A stretch of 64,000 nt of DNA, taken from assembly GCA_965218425.1 (NCBI GenBank), contig OZ244621.1:1216001-1280000 (forward strand). Reading direction: 5' to 3'. Position 1 is the stretch's first letter, and the number at the start of each line of letters is the position of its first letter. Below the pieces are notes generated by a model. That model did no database searches and had not been told where the DNA came from. It worked only from the letters and a program-made list of their open reading frames with translations. Of the stretch, positions 11,421 through 22,347 are shown piece by piece. A program made the translations under genes and the position numbers. Source of the stretch: an uncultured Candidatus Binatia bacterium (GTDB taxonomy: Bacteria; Desulfobacterota; Binatia; UBA9968; CAXXLF01).

Positions 11421-12204
11421 TCATTCCATTGCTAAAGATCCATGAACTGCCGAGCATCTTCCAAATTCCTTGATTCGCCAAAACATGAATCCACCACCAC
11501 TTACCACTATTGCCTGTCCAGTCATATAGCCGCTAGCCTCGCCGACATCCTTTGTTCCTCCCGTACGCCCCGGGGGTATGGTTTTCTCCAGCAGAGCCCA
11601 ATCGTCCGGGGAATAATTGCCGAGAACTTTTTGAGTCGCAGTCAGACCAGGGGCGATAACGTTAGCGCGTATCCCGTGGGGAGCTATCGACCGCTAGGGA
11701 CTTTGCAAAAGCAATAACAGCGGCTTTAGATGCCGTATAGGCCGAGCGTGATATACTGCCGGTGAGCGCAAAGTTTGAAGAAGTATTTACAATGCTCCCT
11801 CTTTTGTGTCTTTTCATTATAGCGACGGCAGCCTGGCAGCAAAGAAAGGTAGACTTTAGATTCACGTTGACTACCTCCTGCCATTCCGATAAAGGAAAAT
11901 CCTCTATAGGATGATTGTACAAAGACCCCCCAGCCAGGTTTACGAGCACGTCGATTCGGTCAAAAGTCGAGACGACCTTTGAAAAGGCGTTCTGGACCTC
12001 GGTGCATTTTGTTACGTCCAGACCGATAAACATCCCACCTTTGCCTTCCCGCTCGAGCACGGCCAGCACTTGTTGGCCACCCTCTTCATTGTGATCCAGG
12101 ATGACTAGTAGAAAATCGGCTTGAGCTAGCCGCATGACCACAGCTCGACCGATACCTCCCGCACCTCCTGAAACCACGGCGATTCTAGTTGTGGTGTGAT
12201 TTAT
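11421..12204 (-). pseudogene. Decayed SDR
   Basis: SGGAGGIG, NLAGG, YTASK; start apparently degraded; frameshifts near 11670; short internal deletion before SGYMTGQ. Confidence 0.8.
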
Positions 12205-12320
12205 GAGTCTTTTTCTACCAATGTTTGGAGAGTAATCGTAACGAGTGTTATTGATAACGCGACTCCTTGAAAATATTTAAGCTAGCTTGTCGTAAATTGC
12301 TGCGCGCGCAAATCTTCAAG

Positions 12321-13145
12321 TCAGGGCAAAATGTCCAGATTAGCGTTTACTACGCCGCCTATCTTCTCGATCTCCTCGGCGGCTGATCTTAGCTTTTTCA
12401 CAAGATCAAGTTTTTCTTTCCAGCTTATAGTCCCCACCGGAAAGACGACATTGACAGCCGCTTCAATCTCACCTTTTGTGTTTTTTATAGGAACACCTAG
12501 AGCGGAAACACCGTCATCATTTTCCTCGTCGTTCTCACCAAATCCTCGTTGGCGCACTTTGGCAATGTCGGACAACAACCGATTCACAGTCGGAACTGTC
12601 TTCTGCGTTAGACGGTTAAACTTTACACCCTTGAACCTTGCCAAGATTTCCGAATCCTCGAGACCGGAGAGCATCACCTTTCCTGATGCACTTGCATACG
12701 CTGGCACTCTGGTCCCGGGTTGAACCATGACCCTCACTCTACCCGGCCCCTCATAGACTCCGATAAACAACACTGCATTTCCATCCAACACGCTCAACGT
12801 CGCGGTGAGTTTTGTCTCTATAGTCACTTCTTTAAGGATGTTTCTGATTCGCTCTCTAGTACCAGAGGTCATATATCCCTGACCCACGTACAGAGCGTTA
12901 CGTCCAATCTTGTACTTGTCGGTTCCGTACTCTTTTTCAATAAATTCGAGCCGCTCCAACGACTTGAGAAGCCGATAGGCCGTCGCCTTGGCTAAACCTG
13001 TCTGCCGGTAGATATCGTTCAAGCCCATGCTTTTTTCTGACTCTCGAAGCCAGAGCATGAGTTCCAAGCCTTTGGTGAGTGAAGTTAACGGTTTAATTTG
13101 CTGATCCCCCTTTAACCAATTATTTTGCGGTGAAAAACCAACCAA
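12321..13145 (-). CDS. IclR family transcriptional regulator (start uncertain)
   Basis: HTH GLAKATAYRLLKSL; PAYASASGKVMLS; RQRGFGENDEE...GVSALGVPI. Confidence 0.9.
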   Translation of the reverse strand: MVGFSPQNNWLKGDQQIKPLTSLTKGLELMLWLRESEKSMGLNDIYRQTGLAKATAYRLLKSLERLEFIEKEYGTDKYKIGRNALYVGQGYMTSGTRERIRNILKEVTIETKLTATLSVLDGNAVLFIGVYEGPGRVRVMVQPGTRVPAYASASGKVMLSGLEDSEILARFKGVKFNRLTQKTVPTVNRLLSDIAKVRQRGFGENDEENDDGVSALGVPIKNTKGEIEAAVNVVFPVGTISWKEKLDLVKKLRSAAEEIEKIGGVVNANLDILP

Positions 13146-13146
13146 C

Positions 13147-13695
13147 TCAACTCAACGGTTTCGGCCAGTCTTGTAAGAGTGTTCCATAGTTCTTAACGGA
13201 GAATTTATGACCGAGAAGAGATGAAACATGCCACAACATTGCGGGATTACTCGCAACGAGTTGCTTTTTCAATATTCCGTTCATCTTCTCATCCCATGGG
13301 GTCATTACAATCAACTTTTTCGCTGACAAGGCCCTTACCGCCGCTATGACTGAAGGCATCGCCATAACCACAGGGATTCCCGCCGCCTGGGAAACCTTTG
13401 CCTCCAAGCCGGGGTTAAAACCCCCTAGGGGTGCACCGGCAATTATTAGACCATTCGGATCGTATCTTCTTGTAAACTCCAAGGCTCCAGTTATAACCTC
13501 GTCGGCTTTTCTTCCGACTTCGTAGCGCGAGCCGCGTAATAGGCCGAGATCCTCAAAAATTACATTGACTTCCGCTGGAATGAGTCGTTGAAAATTCTGC
13601 CCATAGGTCCCGCTAATGACTCCGGGATTTAAATGCACGATTCGCACCTTGGCGGATTGGTCTATCACTTTATCCCTTGCCAACGAGGTTTTCAT
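13147..13695 (-). pseudogene. Maleate isomerase/arylmalonate decarboxylase (Asp/Glu racemase) family protein with internal deletion
   Basis: GIPVV, LSAKKLIVMTPW and C-terminal ASNPAMLWH...YGTLL are present, but the second-domain core between them is missing. Confidence 0.65.
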
Positions 13696-13831
13696 TTTCT
13701 AAATCAACCCGTTTCCAGAGAGCCGTTCACCCCTTTCTGGCCATCACATATTCCAGTCGTTTCTCACCCGAGTTCCTCCTGACATGACACAACGCTGACC
13801 GTTCAATCTCCTCTTATTGAGCACCCCCGGG

Positions 13832-15814
13832 CTACGACCAAGAACTGATAAGCCATGGATCTGGCCAGACCACATACATAATTTGATCAAAGATAATCAC
13901 AAGAAAGGCTTCTGCCAGAACGGCAAGAGAAATCGCTTGTTTCCATCCAGCGCGGTAGTTCCTTGCGTAGAGGATACAAAAAACGGGCAAGCTGAAGTGA
14001 AGTCCCACCAGAATGATTGACCCTACAAGACCCAGGATCCAGATAAATTCAACTAGTATTCGTTTTCGTACCTCGCGGGCTCCAGGGCCAACCGCAAGGA
14101 GGCTACGAGGTCCTTTTACAAGCGCGCAGACGGCCACACCTAAATGGACAAGTCCTAGCAGAATGCCCACTCCTGCAAGCGAATAGATCACAAGCGATGT
14201 GTGGAAAGGCCACCGAAGGGCATGGAAAGCCGCTGCGCCAAAGACAGAGACGAGACCAACTGTGGCTAGCGTGTCCCCAATTCTACCCCCTTGTGTCTCC
14301 GCTTCTTCTGAGAATGAGACCACCCTTTCTTCTTCTACTCCTCCTTCTCTCTTCTCTCTCCATCGCCGCAGGACGGGAAAGAAAAGGGTAAGTATAATCA
14401 GCACCATCAGCAGGATCACCCCCGGGAATAATAACCAACTGAAACCGTATCGGGCCATCGAAAGCCAGAGGTATCTCTCCAACTGAGGGCCGAGTACAAA
14501 AGCCATGAGAAGGGGTGGCCGGGGCCAACCAAAGAATTTCATCAGGGTGCCGATAATTCCAAATAATAGAAAGGTAAACAAATCCCCCCAGGCAAAGGAA
14601 ACGGCAATAGAAGCTGCAACACAGAGGACCAATGACATGGGGACAACGACACTAAAGGGCAGAAGGGAAATGGCGGCAAACGGTTTGGAAAGACCCAGCG
14701 CAAGACCCGTTGCCAGGAGATTGGCGATGACCAGCACCCAGATCATAGCCATGGTAAGGTGGAGCTGTTCAGTGAGCAGCTTCGGCCCGGGTACGATGCC
14801 GAGAGAAAAAAAGGCAATGAGCACAAAGACATAGCTACCGCTTCCCGGAATACCAAAGGCGATGGTGGGAATAAGGGCACCGCCCTCCTTTGCATTGTTC
14901 GAGCTTTCCGGGGCAATGACACCACGAACATCTCCCTTGCCAAAATTCGCTGGATTTTTTTCGGTTTGAACGGCATGGGCATAGGCGAACCAGTCCGCCA
15001 CGGTGCTTCCCAGACCTGGAAGGGCCCCTACCCAAACACCAACGATACTGCAGCGAACGACTAGCCACCAGTGCCGGAATACATCCGTGACACCCTCCCA
15101 AGTTCCACTGCCGAGCTTCTCAGTCTGGGCAATGCTGCTCCGGCGAACGGCAAGGTCAATCAGCTCGGGTACGGCAAAGATCCCCAGGGCCACAGCGACG
15201 ATGTTCAGTCCATCCTGGAGATACAGCCCTCCGAAGGTAAACCGCAGAATAGCGGTCTTGTCGTCCAATCCCACCGTTGAGACCAACGCTCCAAGAAGTG
15301 CGGCCAAAAGCCCTTTAACGGGGGCCTTACCACTAAGGACACCAATCGCGCTCAACCCCCAAATAACAAGGACCAGGAACTCCGGTGAGCCTAAGAGGAG
15401 CACAAGTTGACGCAGGACCGGGAGCGACGCCAACAGAACGACAGCCCCAAGGATCCCCCCCATGGCAGAGGCCGTGAAGGCGGCGCCAAACGCCCGCTTT
15501 GCCTCTCCTCGCTTGGCCATAGGATAGCCATCCACAATGGTGGCTTGGGAACCGACATTACCGGGCACCGCAATTAATACGGAGGGGAAAGTATTCGCAG
15601 TGTTGGAGACCACTACAATTCCCAGAAGAAGAGCAATAGCCTGATACGGGGGGAGGGTTATACTATAGGGGAGAGCGATTGTTAGGGATAGATATCCGCC
15701 AAATCCGGGTATGGCCGCAACGGTGCTTGCAGCCAAAACCCCCACCACCATGAGGAACATGGCAAAAGGATCGAAAAGAATACCCACGAGCCCCTGATAA
15801 GCTGCCTCAAACAT
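13832..15814 (-). CDS. tctA: Tripartite tricarboxylate transporter permease TctA with fused TctB-like C-terminus
   Basis: ATIVDGYPMAKRG, FGKGDVRGVIAPESSNNAKEGGALIPT; extra C-terminal transmembrane block. Confidence 0.88.
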   Translation of the reverse strand: MFEAAYQGLVGILFDPFAMFLMVVGVLAASTVAAIPGFGGYLSLTIALPYSITLPPYQAIALLLGIVVVSNTANTFPSVLIAVPGNVGSQATIVDGYPMAKRGEAKRAFGAAFTASAMGGILGAVVLLASLPVLRQLVLLLGSPEFLVLVIWGLSAIGVLSGKAPVKGLLAALLGALVSTVGLDDKTAILRFTFGGLYLQDGLNIVAVALGIFAVPELIDLAVRRSSIAQTEKLGSGTWEGVTDVFRHWWLVVRCSIVGVWVGALPGLGSTVADWFAYAHAVQTEKNPANFGKGDVRGVIAPESSNNAKEGGALIPTIAFGIPGSGSYVFVLIAFFSLGIVPGPKLLTEQLHLTMAMIWVLVIANLLATGLALGLSKPFAAISLLPFSVVVPMSLVLCVAASIAVSFAWGDLFTFLLFGIIGTLMKFFGWPRPPLLMAFVLGPQLERYLWLSMARYGFSWLLFPGVILLMVLIILTLFFPVLRRWREKREGGVEEERVVSFSEEAETQGGRIGDTLATVGLVSVFGAAAFHALRWPFHTSLVIYSLAGVGILLGLVHLGVAVCALVKGPRSLLAVGPGAREVRKRILVEFIWILGLVGSIILVGLHFSLPVFCILYARNYRAGWKQAISLAVLAEAFLVIIFDQIMYVVWPDPWLISSWS

Positions 15815-15903
15815 CTTATCTTACTTCTTTCCAAGAGCGGAGGTGTCCGATTGGCCGGCATACAGTCGGACACTTCCACTTTTCTATAATAGAGCTGACT
15901 AGT

Positions 15904-16965
15904 TTATTTTATCCCGCCCGGGAGGCCATACTTCACCCTTAGCTTTGCAGCGTATTTCACTGCCTCATCAGGGGTATTTACAAGGTCCCGGATCATCTTC
16001 GTAAGTTCTTTAGCGTATAGGGGCTGGATATCCACGCTCAACTGCTTCCTCGCCAGCTTGAGAAACTCGGGGTCTTTGACGAGCTTTTCGAAGGCCCGCC
16101 GGTATGTTTGGACAACTTCTTTTGGCGTACCAGGAGGTAGGCCGAGCCACTTATCAGCCCCGGCAACGCCATTCCAGGACGTATAAGCCCGCCACGCCAA
16201 TTTCGATACATTTCCTTTTTTCAACAGCTCAGGGAAGACGGGCACGTCTCTATAAGAGCTACGCGGGATGTACTTGCCGCCGGAGAGTATCCCTTCCTGA
16301 GCAATCAGATCGACGACTTTATCGTCTTTCAGGCCATCGAGAAGATAGGCATTTCCTGTCGCTGACATGTCGGCCTCACCGGAGCGAATCGCTTTTATAA
16401 ACGCTGTGGTCCCGGGATAGCCAAGGACCCACCGCGCGTTCCAACCCAGGAACTCCTGCCCCCATAGAATCACGGAACTCCAGCTCCACAACCCGCTTGC
16501 CGCCGCCACAACCACTGGCTCAGCTGACCGGTCGTACAAACGCTTGGTGAGACCCTTGCGTACAAAGAAAACGCTGCCGCCTCGGTTGAACCCACCAATT
16601 ACCGGAAACTCAAGCGGGTTGAACCTGACATTTCCCATTCGCAAGATATTTGGATCAGCCATCGCTCCCATGGATTGCATAAGGCTCAAGCCGTCGGGCT
16701 TTACCCGTTGGTAAAAATAGTTGGTTCCTTTAACTCCACCAGCGCCTGGGATGCTCTGGTAAACGAGTCGCGGATTACCAGGCAGGTATTTGGGGAGGAA
16801 TTGACCCACCAAACGGCCTGCGCGGTCAGTTCCCCCTCCAACACTTCCAGGCGAAATCATACGGACAGTCTTCCCTTTAAATGAGAACTCCGCCAATACC
16901 GGCTCCACCCAGAGAAAAATCCCCAAGAGCCAAATGAATACACTTGTCAAACTAATAAATCGCAT
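15904..16965 (-). CDS. TTT substrate-binding protein (TctC/Bug-like)
   Basis: Signal peptide, FKGKTVR, GGGTD, KYLPGNP, PGAGG, PPGTPKE. Confidence 0.85.
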   Translation of the reverse strand: MRFISLTSVFIWLLGIFLWVEPVLAEFSFKGKTVRMISPGSVGGGTDRAGRLVGQFLPKYLPGNPRLVYQSIPGAGGVKGTNYFYQRVKPDGLSLMQSMGAMADPNILRMGNVRFNPLEFPVIGGFNRGGSVFFVRKGLTKRLYDRSAEPVVVAAASGLWSWSSVILWGQEFLGWNARWVLGYPGTTAFIKAIRSGEADMSATGNAYLLDGLKDDKVVDLIAQEGILSGGKYIPRSSYRDVPVFPELLKKGNVSKLAWRAYTSWNGVAGADKWLGLPPGTPKEVVQTYRRAFEKLVKDPEFLKLARKQLSVDIQPLYAKELTKMIRDLVNTPDEAVKYAAKLRVKYGLPGGIK

Positions 16966-17097
16966 GGGAACCTCCTTTTGCTGCTTAGTAGAGACAATCG
17001 ACCGGTCTGTCGCTCTAAAAATAAATCGCATAGAAACCTCCTTTCGTTACTGCACGTCACAACGATCATCCAGCCCGCCCCTTCTCAAGGGTTGCTC

Positions 17098-17385
17098 CTA
17101 CTGCTCCTGTTGGTAAAGCGAATCAATAAAGCCACTCCCGTCAATCTGACGTAGATAATGAGTATCCAAACCTCCATTGGATTTACTGCTCTTAATTGCT
17201 GATCCTTCACCAGGTCGGACTCGAATACATTCCACAAAGCCGCCGGATGCGGATATGGCTTGGTTAACGGCATCCACCTCATACTGGAAACCGTACTTTT
17301 CCGGAATTCCCGAGTCCCGCGGCGTAAGGTGAATAGGCAAGTGAGAGGCATCGCTACATAGCATCCTGATCCTATCGGGTTTCAT
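17098..17385 (-). pseudogene. Remnant of an ABC (NMT1/THI5-like) substrate-binding protein: N-terminus fused to C-terminus
   Basis: A short N-terminal piece is joined to KPYPHP...NPMEVW/THYLRQIDGSGFIDSLY across frames. Confidence 0.5.
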
Positions 17386-17450
17386 TTCAATCTGCTCCCT
17401 AAGACTCCTATTGCGTGACCATAAACCGTTCTATAAGTGCTGGAGTTAAC

Positions 17451-17933
17451 CTATTTACCACCACGGCTAATTCGTTGAGCAGCGCTCATTATTGCAGTGA
17501 CGATATTCTGATAACCGGTACAGCGGCAGAGATGGCCACTCAACCACTCGCGAACCTCTCGTTCGCTCGGCTGCGGGCTCTCCCTTAGTAGTGCTTCGGC
17601 GGTCATAAGGATTCCCGGTGTGCAAAAGCCACACTGCAGCCCGTGTGATTCCCAGAATGCTTCTTGTAATGGATGAAGTTGTTCTCCGGTGTTCATGCTT
17701 TCAACCGTTTTTATCCGAGCTCCATCCGCTTGAACGGCAAACAGCGTGCAGGAACGTACCGGTTCGTTCTCCATGAGGATAGTACAGGACCCGCAAACGC
17801 CATGCTCACAACCAATGTGCGTTCCAGTGAGACCGAGGTCCTCGCGAATAAAGTCAACCAGGAGCTTCCGCGGTTCCACCTCGCCCCGGTATTCGCGATC
17901 ATTGACGGTGATTGAGATTTCGCGTTTGCTCAT
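17451..17933 (-). CDS. (2Fe-2S) small subunit of a Mo-hydroxylase (CoxS-like)
   Basis: GCEHGVCGSCT, CGFCTPG, CRCTGY. Confidence 0.95.
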   Translation of the reverse strand: MSKREISITVNDREYRGEVEPRKLLVDFIREDLGLTGTHIGCEHGVCGSCTILMENEPVRSCTLFAVQADGARIKTVESMNTGEQLHPLQEAFWESHGLQCGFCTPGILMTAEALLRESPQPSEREVREWLSGHLCRCTGYQNIVTAIMSAAQRISRGGK

Positions 17934-17959
17934 AGACTGAAACCTTCCAATTCGTTTGC

Positions 17960-18826
17960 CTACTTTGTCGCTGCCCGTGCCAGGGCCTTCTGCAGAACCC
18001 TACGTGCGAGCACCTCTGCTACCTGTCGGCGATAATCGCCGCTGGCATGGATGTCTGAATCTGGATCGAGCTCTTGCACGGCCCGGGCTGCGGCCTCACG
18101 GAACAGACTCTCTTGCGGTCGCTCGCTTTCTAGGAGCTTTTCCGCGTTGGTTGAGCGATGCGGCTTTGCCCCGGTAAACCCAAGGCGTGCTTCCTGGATG
18201 GATCCACCCTTATCTAAACTTAAAAGCCCAGCCACACCCATCAGAGCAAAGTCGCCATGACGTCGACTAAGCTCTTCAAATGCCCATCCACTACCCGGCG
18301 GTAACGGCGGCACTTCAATTTCCACCAAGAGTTCGCCTGGCTGGAGCTCCGTTTCCATACAGCCGAAGAAAAAATCTTCAGCCCGCACCAGTCGCTCGGT
18401 TTTGCTGCTGCGGAGTTTTAGAATCGCATCGAGAACGATCATGACGAGAGGAAGTTCGGCTGAGGGAAAGGCGTGAGCCAGGCTTCCACCCACAGTCCCT
18501 CGCGTGCGAATCTGTACATGTCCAATATAACTTGTAGCCTCCGCCAGAAGAGACCAGCCACTTCCAACTGCGCTAGAGCGCTCCAGCTCCCGTTGTCGCG
18601 TCATAGCGCCGATTCGCAGTTTGTCTCCGTCCACCCGAATATAGCTCAGGCCGTTTACACGATTGAGATCAATGAGATGCGCTGGTCGTGCCAGTCGAAA
18701 GTTCATCATTGGGACGAGGCTCTGTCCCCCCGCCAAGGCTCTGCCGTCTTCCCCGTACTGTGCCAACAACTCCAGCGCCCCGGACAGAGTCGTGGGATTG
18801 TGATATTCAAAAACTGCCGGTTTCAC
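17960..18826 (-). CDS. FAD-binding medium subunit of a Mo-hydroxylase (CoxM-like)
   Basis: AGGQSLVP, IRTRGTVGGS, RRHGDFA, DIHASGDYRR. Confidence 0.95.
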   Translation of the reverse strand: MKPAVFEYHNPTTLSGALELLAQYGEDGRALAGGQSLVPMMNFRLARPAHLIDLNRVNGLSYIRVDGDKLRIGAMTRQRELERSSAVGSGWSLLAEATSYIGHVQIRTRGTVGGSLAHAFPSAELPLVMIVLDAILKLRSSKTERLVRAEDFFFGCMETELQPGELLVEIEVPPLPPGSGWAFEELSRRHGDFALMGVAGLLSLDKGGSIQEARLGFTGAKPHRSTNAEKLLESERPQESLFREAAARAVQELDPDSDIHASGDYRRQVAEVLARRVLQKALARAATK

Positions 18827-18906
18827 TCGATCTGCTCCTTATTGATTACGGGGATCATACCCCCTCCGGATTCCATCTGTGCTCGACACCATTATCATCA
18901 CACTAC

Positions 18907-21222
18907 TCAACCTTTTATTCTTTCACCTGGGTGTTTTGCCATTTCCAAGACATACTCCGGTTTCAATGGTAGGCGCGTTACCTCGGTGCCCAGAGCGTCT
19001 GAGACAGCATTGGCGATGGCGCCCCCAACTGCCACGATGCCCCCTTCACCGGCTCCTTTTACCCCAAGCGGATTGAGTGGAGAGGGCGAATCTTCCGTCA
19101 AAAGCAGATCAAAATGGGGCACCTCCATAGCCGTTGGCAGCAGATAGTCCATGAAGCTCGTTGCCAACGCCTGGCCATCGTCTCCGTAGGCAAATTCTTC
19201 GAATAAGGCGCCCCCAATTCCTTGAGCGGCTCCTCCCACCATCTGCCCTGCCACGAGCATAGGGTTAATCACCCTCCCCACATCCTGCGCGACCAAATAT
19301 TTTTTAAGCTGAACAAACCCGGTTTCTCGGTCCACTTCCACCATCGCGACATGGGCGCCGTAGGAAAAAGGCCGGTCACCGGTGCCAGAAAAATACGCTG
19401 TCTCGGAGATACCCGGGTCAACACCCTGCTTTAGAGCTAAGTTAGGCGCGGCAATGCGGGCGATTTCAGCGAGACTTATGGACTTTTCGGTTACGCCACG
19501 GACGGCAATCAAACCATGTTCGAGCACCAGATCATGGGACTCTATCTCAAAGTAAGTTGCCCCTAGGCTTAGGAGTTTTTCTTTGACTTTCCTTGCGGCA
19601 AGGAAAGCAGCGCTTCCAGCCATAACCACAGTCCGGCTAGCATGGGTTCCCATGCCAAAGGGTACCAAATCGGTATCGCCATGGACCACGCGAATTTCCT
19701 CAGGGGAGACCTTTAGTTCATCAGCAACAATTTGACTGAGGATGGTCTCTACACCCTGGCCCAGATTGGCGCACCCTGCGTAAATAAGGATTTTGCCCTT
19801 GGAGTCGATTTCAATCCGAGCGTACTCCCATGGGCTCCGGCCAACAGTCTCAACAAAACAGGCTAGACCAATCCCAAGGGCGCGACCCTCGCGCTTCGCA
19901 GCCTCACATGAATCCCTAAGCCCGTAATAGTCAAAGCGCGCCAGGGTCTTTTCAAAATGTTCAGGGAAGTTACCGCTATCGTACACTACTTTGTGAAAGG
20001 GGTGGGGACCCACATCGTAGGGCATCTGGTCAGCCTGTACAAAATTCCGCCGTCGCACCTCCGCTGGGTCAATCCCGAGCCGACGGGCAATTGAATCCAT
20101 CACTCGTTCGCGGACAAAAGCACCTTCATATCGACCCGGGCCACGGTAGGTACCCACGGGTGTCTTGTTGGTTAACACACACGAAACCCGGCAGCGGTAG
20201 TTCCCAACCCGGTAAGGACCCCGCAACACGGCCGAGCCCGAGATTGCCGGGACACCCCCGTGGGTCCGAGTGTACGCGCCCATGTCAAAAAGCAGCTCGT
20301 CCTCAAGGGCCAAGATCGTACCGTCGCAATTGATCGCCACTTTTACACGATGCCATTGTTCCCGGGCCTGGTTCATAGCGATGAGATTCTCGCGGCGGTC
20401 TTCTATCCAGCAGACAGGCCTCTGCAAACGCACGGCAAGGAACGGAATAAGGTAATCTTCAGGATAAAACTCGCCGCGTGCGCCAAACCCGCCACCAATG
20501 TCGGGTTCGATTAAGTGAATTGAACTCTCGGGTAGATCCAGGAGCCCGGCCAGAATTTGGCGATTTTTATGAACGACTTTGGTCTGTCCCCATACGGTGA
20601 GCACCTGCAGGCCTTCATCAAACTGAGCCACAAGCCCCCTGGTCTCAAGCGGCACAGCACCGTGGCGCTGGATATAATACTCCTCATCAAAGACCTCATC
20701 CGCGTCGGCCATGGCACTATCCACATTCCCCACGTTCACTTCGAAATGTGCAGGCACATTGTTCTTGAGATCCTCGTGAAGAATTGGAGCACCCTCACTC
20801 ATGGCATCTCGGGTATCAGTAGCCGCGCCTAGAGGCTCATACTCAAAATCGATCAGCTCAACCCCGTCTTCCGCTAAATAGCGATTCGCAGCCACCACAA
20901 CGGCCACAGGCTCACCCACGTAACGGACTCTATCCTTGGCGAGAGGAGTTTGAAGGCAACGTTCAAGTCCCTCGATCTCTCCTGTCCGCATGGGGATTGG
21001 CTTTGCACCCGCAATATCATCACACGTCAGAACACAAACCACGCCCGAAAGTTTAGCGGCCCTTTCCGTATCGAGTTTCACTATTCGCGCGTGGGCACAT
21101 GGACTTCGAAAGATGGCGGCGTGCAACATGTGCGGACGCTTGAGATCAGCTACAAACCTCGCGACTCCCCGCAGGAACCTAAGATCCTCACTGCGCTTGA
21201 CTCTCGCACCAATATAAGCCAT
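18907..21222 (-). CDS. Mo-hydroxylase large subunit (copy 2); not aerobic form I CO dehydrogenase
   Basis: GGGFGARGE, TYRGPGR loop, HASRT, KGAGEGG catalytic Glu; lacks the form I CODH AYxCSFR motif. Confidence 0.93.
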   Translation of the reverse strand: MAYIGARVKRSEDLRFLRGVARFVADLKRPHMLHAAIFRSPCAHARIVKLDTERAAKLSGVVCVLTCDDIAGAKPIPMRTGEIEGLERCLQTPLAKDRVRYVGEPVAVVVAANRYLAEDGVELIDFEYEPLGAATDTRDAMSEGAPILHEDLKNNVPAHFEVNVGNVDSAMADADEVFDEEYYIQRHGAVPLETRGLVAQFDEGLQVLTVWGQTKVVHKNRQILAGLLDLPESSIHLIEPDIGGGFGARGEFYPEDYLIPFLAVRLQRPVCWIEDRRENLIAMNQAREQWHRVKVAINCDGTILALEDELLFDMGAYTRTHGGVPAISGSAVLRGPYRVGNYRCRVSCVLTNKTPVGTYRGPGRYEGAFVRERVMDSIARRLGIDPAEVRRRNFVQADQMPYDVGPHPFHKVVYDSGNFPEHFEKTLARFDYYGLRDSCEAAKREGRALGIGLACFVETVGRSPWEYARIEIDSKGKILIYAGCANLGQGVETILSQIVADELKVSPEEIRVVHGDTDLVPFGMGTHASRTVVMAGSAAFLAARKVKEKLLSLGATYFEIESHDLVLEHGLIAVRGVTEKSISLAEIARIAAPNLALKQGVDPGISETAYFSGTGDRPFSYGAHVAMVEVDRETGFVQLKKYLVAQDVGRVINPMLVAGQMVGGAAQGIGGALFEEFAYGDDGQALATSFMDYLLPTAMEVPHFDLLLTEDSPSPLNPLGVKGAGEGGIVAVGGAIANAVSDALGTEVTRLPLKPEYVLEMAKHPGERIKG

Positions 21223-21309
21223 CGAACCGGCTCTTCTAATCAGCTCCCACTGGACAATGAGTCCCAGTCAAATTGAAATCATCTTGCATCTGACCCAATC
21301 CGCGCAAAG

Positions 21310-22155
21310 TCAACTTCCTCTCAGAACATAACTCACGCTAATCCGTTCGGCCTGATAAAAATGTTCAAGAAAATCGTCCGTGCTCGCATAACTCCGTCTA
21401 GGTACCAACCTCCCGGGAAAAGTGATATTTAGTGGGTCCTTGTTGAAGGGATACGGACGGACGATTGCACCTGTTCGGTCCAAAGCATCGAAAGTAATCG
21501 TCGTGTCATCTCGACCAGGACCCACTGGCACCGAAGCGTCGTTGAGAGTCACAGTGGGCCGATTGCGTCGACCCGATCTGTCCAAAGGATAGTGGTTGCA
21601 TAAAAACTGTCCCATTAGGTCAAAGATTTCCATGAGTTCAAAATTGATGCCGATCTGCTCCTCGGTGGCGAATTCCGCATACATCTCGGATTGACGGAGC
21701 TCACTCAGTAAGCCCTGTCGCACCCCTTCTTGGTGGTGAATATACTCCCGCACGCGAGGATCATCGGTGCGATCGTGAAGATACTTGAACCGGCCATAGC
21801 CAGCATTCAATAGTCCCACATTGTGCATCAGGACTATCAGACCGGCATAGGGATCCAGCTCGGCCACACGCTGAACTCCGCGCTTTGTAGCGGTGAGCCG
21901 TTGTACACCCAAATATTTGAGAGTGCCATCGTGGTAGTCGAGGGGATAACCATCGCTATTCAACGTTGATGGCTTGACCTCCCATTCCCACCAACCATTG
22001 TCGTGCTCTTGAGCCGCCAGTACCATCGAGGCATACGGCCTGGGTCGTGAAAATAAATCGTTTCCCCATTGCGCAGCCAAATGGCCCGCCACACGCGAAT
22101 GATCTATTTGGAGGACAAGCAAAAGTTGTGAACTGCCATACTCCGATACCATCAT
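21310..22155 (-). CDS. DUF3891 family protein (copy B)
   Basis: QIDHSRVAGHLAAQWGN, AQEHDNGW, DPYAGLIVLMH; clear paralog of 6316-7164. Confidence 0.8.
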   Translation of the reverse strand: MMVSEYGSSQLLLVLQIDHSRVAGHLAAQWGNDLFSRPRPYASMVLAAQEHDNGWWEWEVKPSTLNSDGYPLDYHDGTLKYLGVQRLTATKRGVQRVAELDPYAGLIVLMHNVGLLNAGYGRFKYLHDRTDDPRVREYIHHQEGVRQGLLSELRQSEMYAEFATEEQIGINFELMEIFDLMGQFLCNHYPLDRSGRRNRPTVTLNDASVPVGPGRDDTTITFDALDRTGAIVRPYPFNKDPLNITFPGRLVPRRSYASTDDFLEHFYQAERISVSYVLRGS

Positions 22156-22347
22156 GGGCAGATCCCTCTTAAATTAATCATCCATCCTCGGTTATCCGCT
22201 TCAGAGGCATTTTCAAATTTGATTCGTTGTGCCTCACCTGGTGCACCCCACAGCACACTGGCGAAATCATACGGCCTTTTATGAGCGTTAATTGCCCTGC
22301 CCGGAACTAGGGACCCGACGCCGAGACATCAACGGCTCAGGAGCCAC

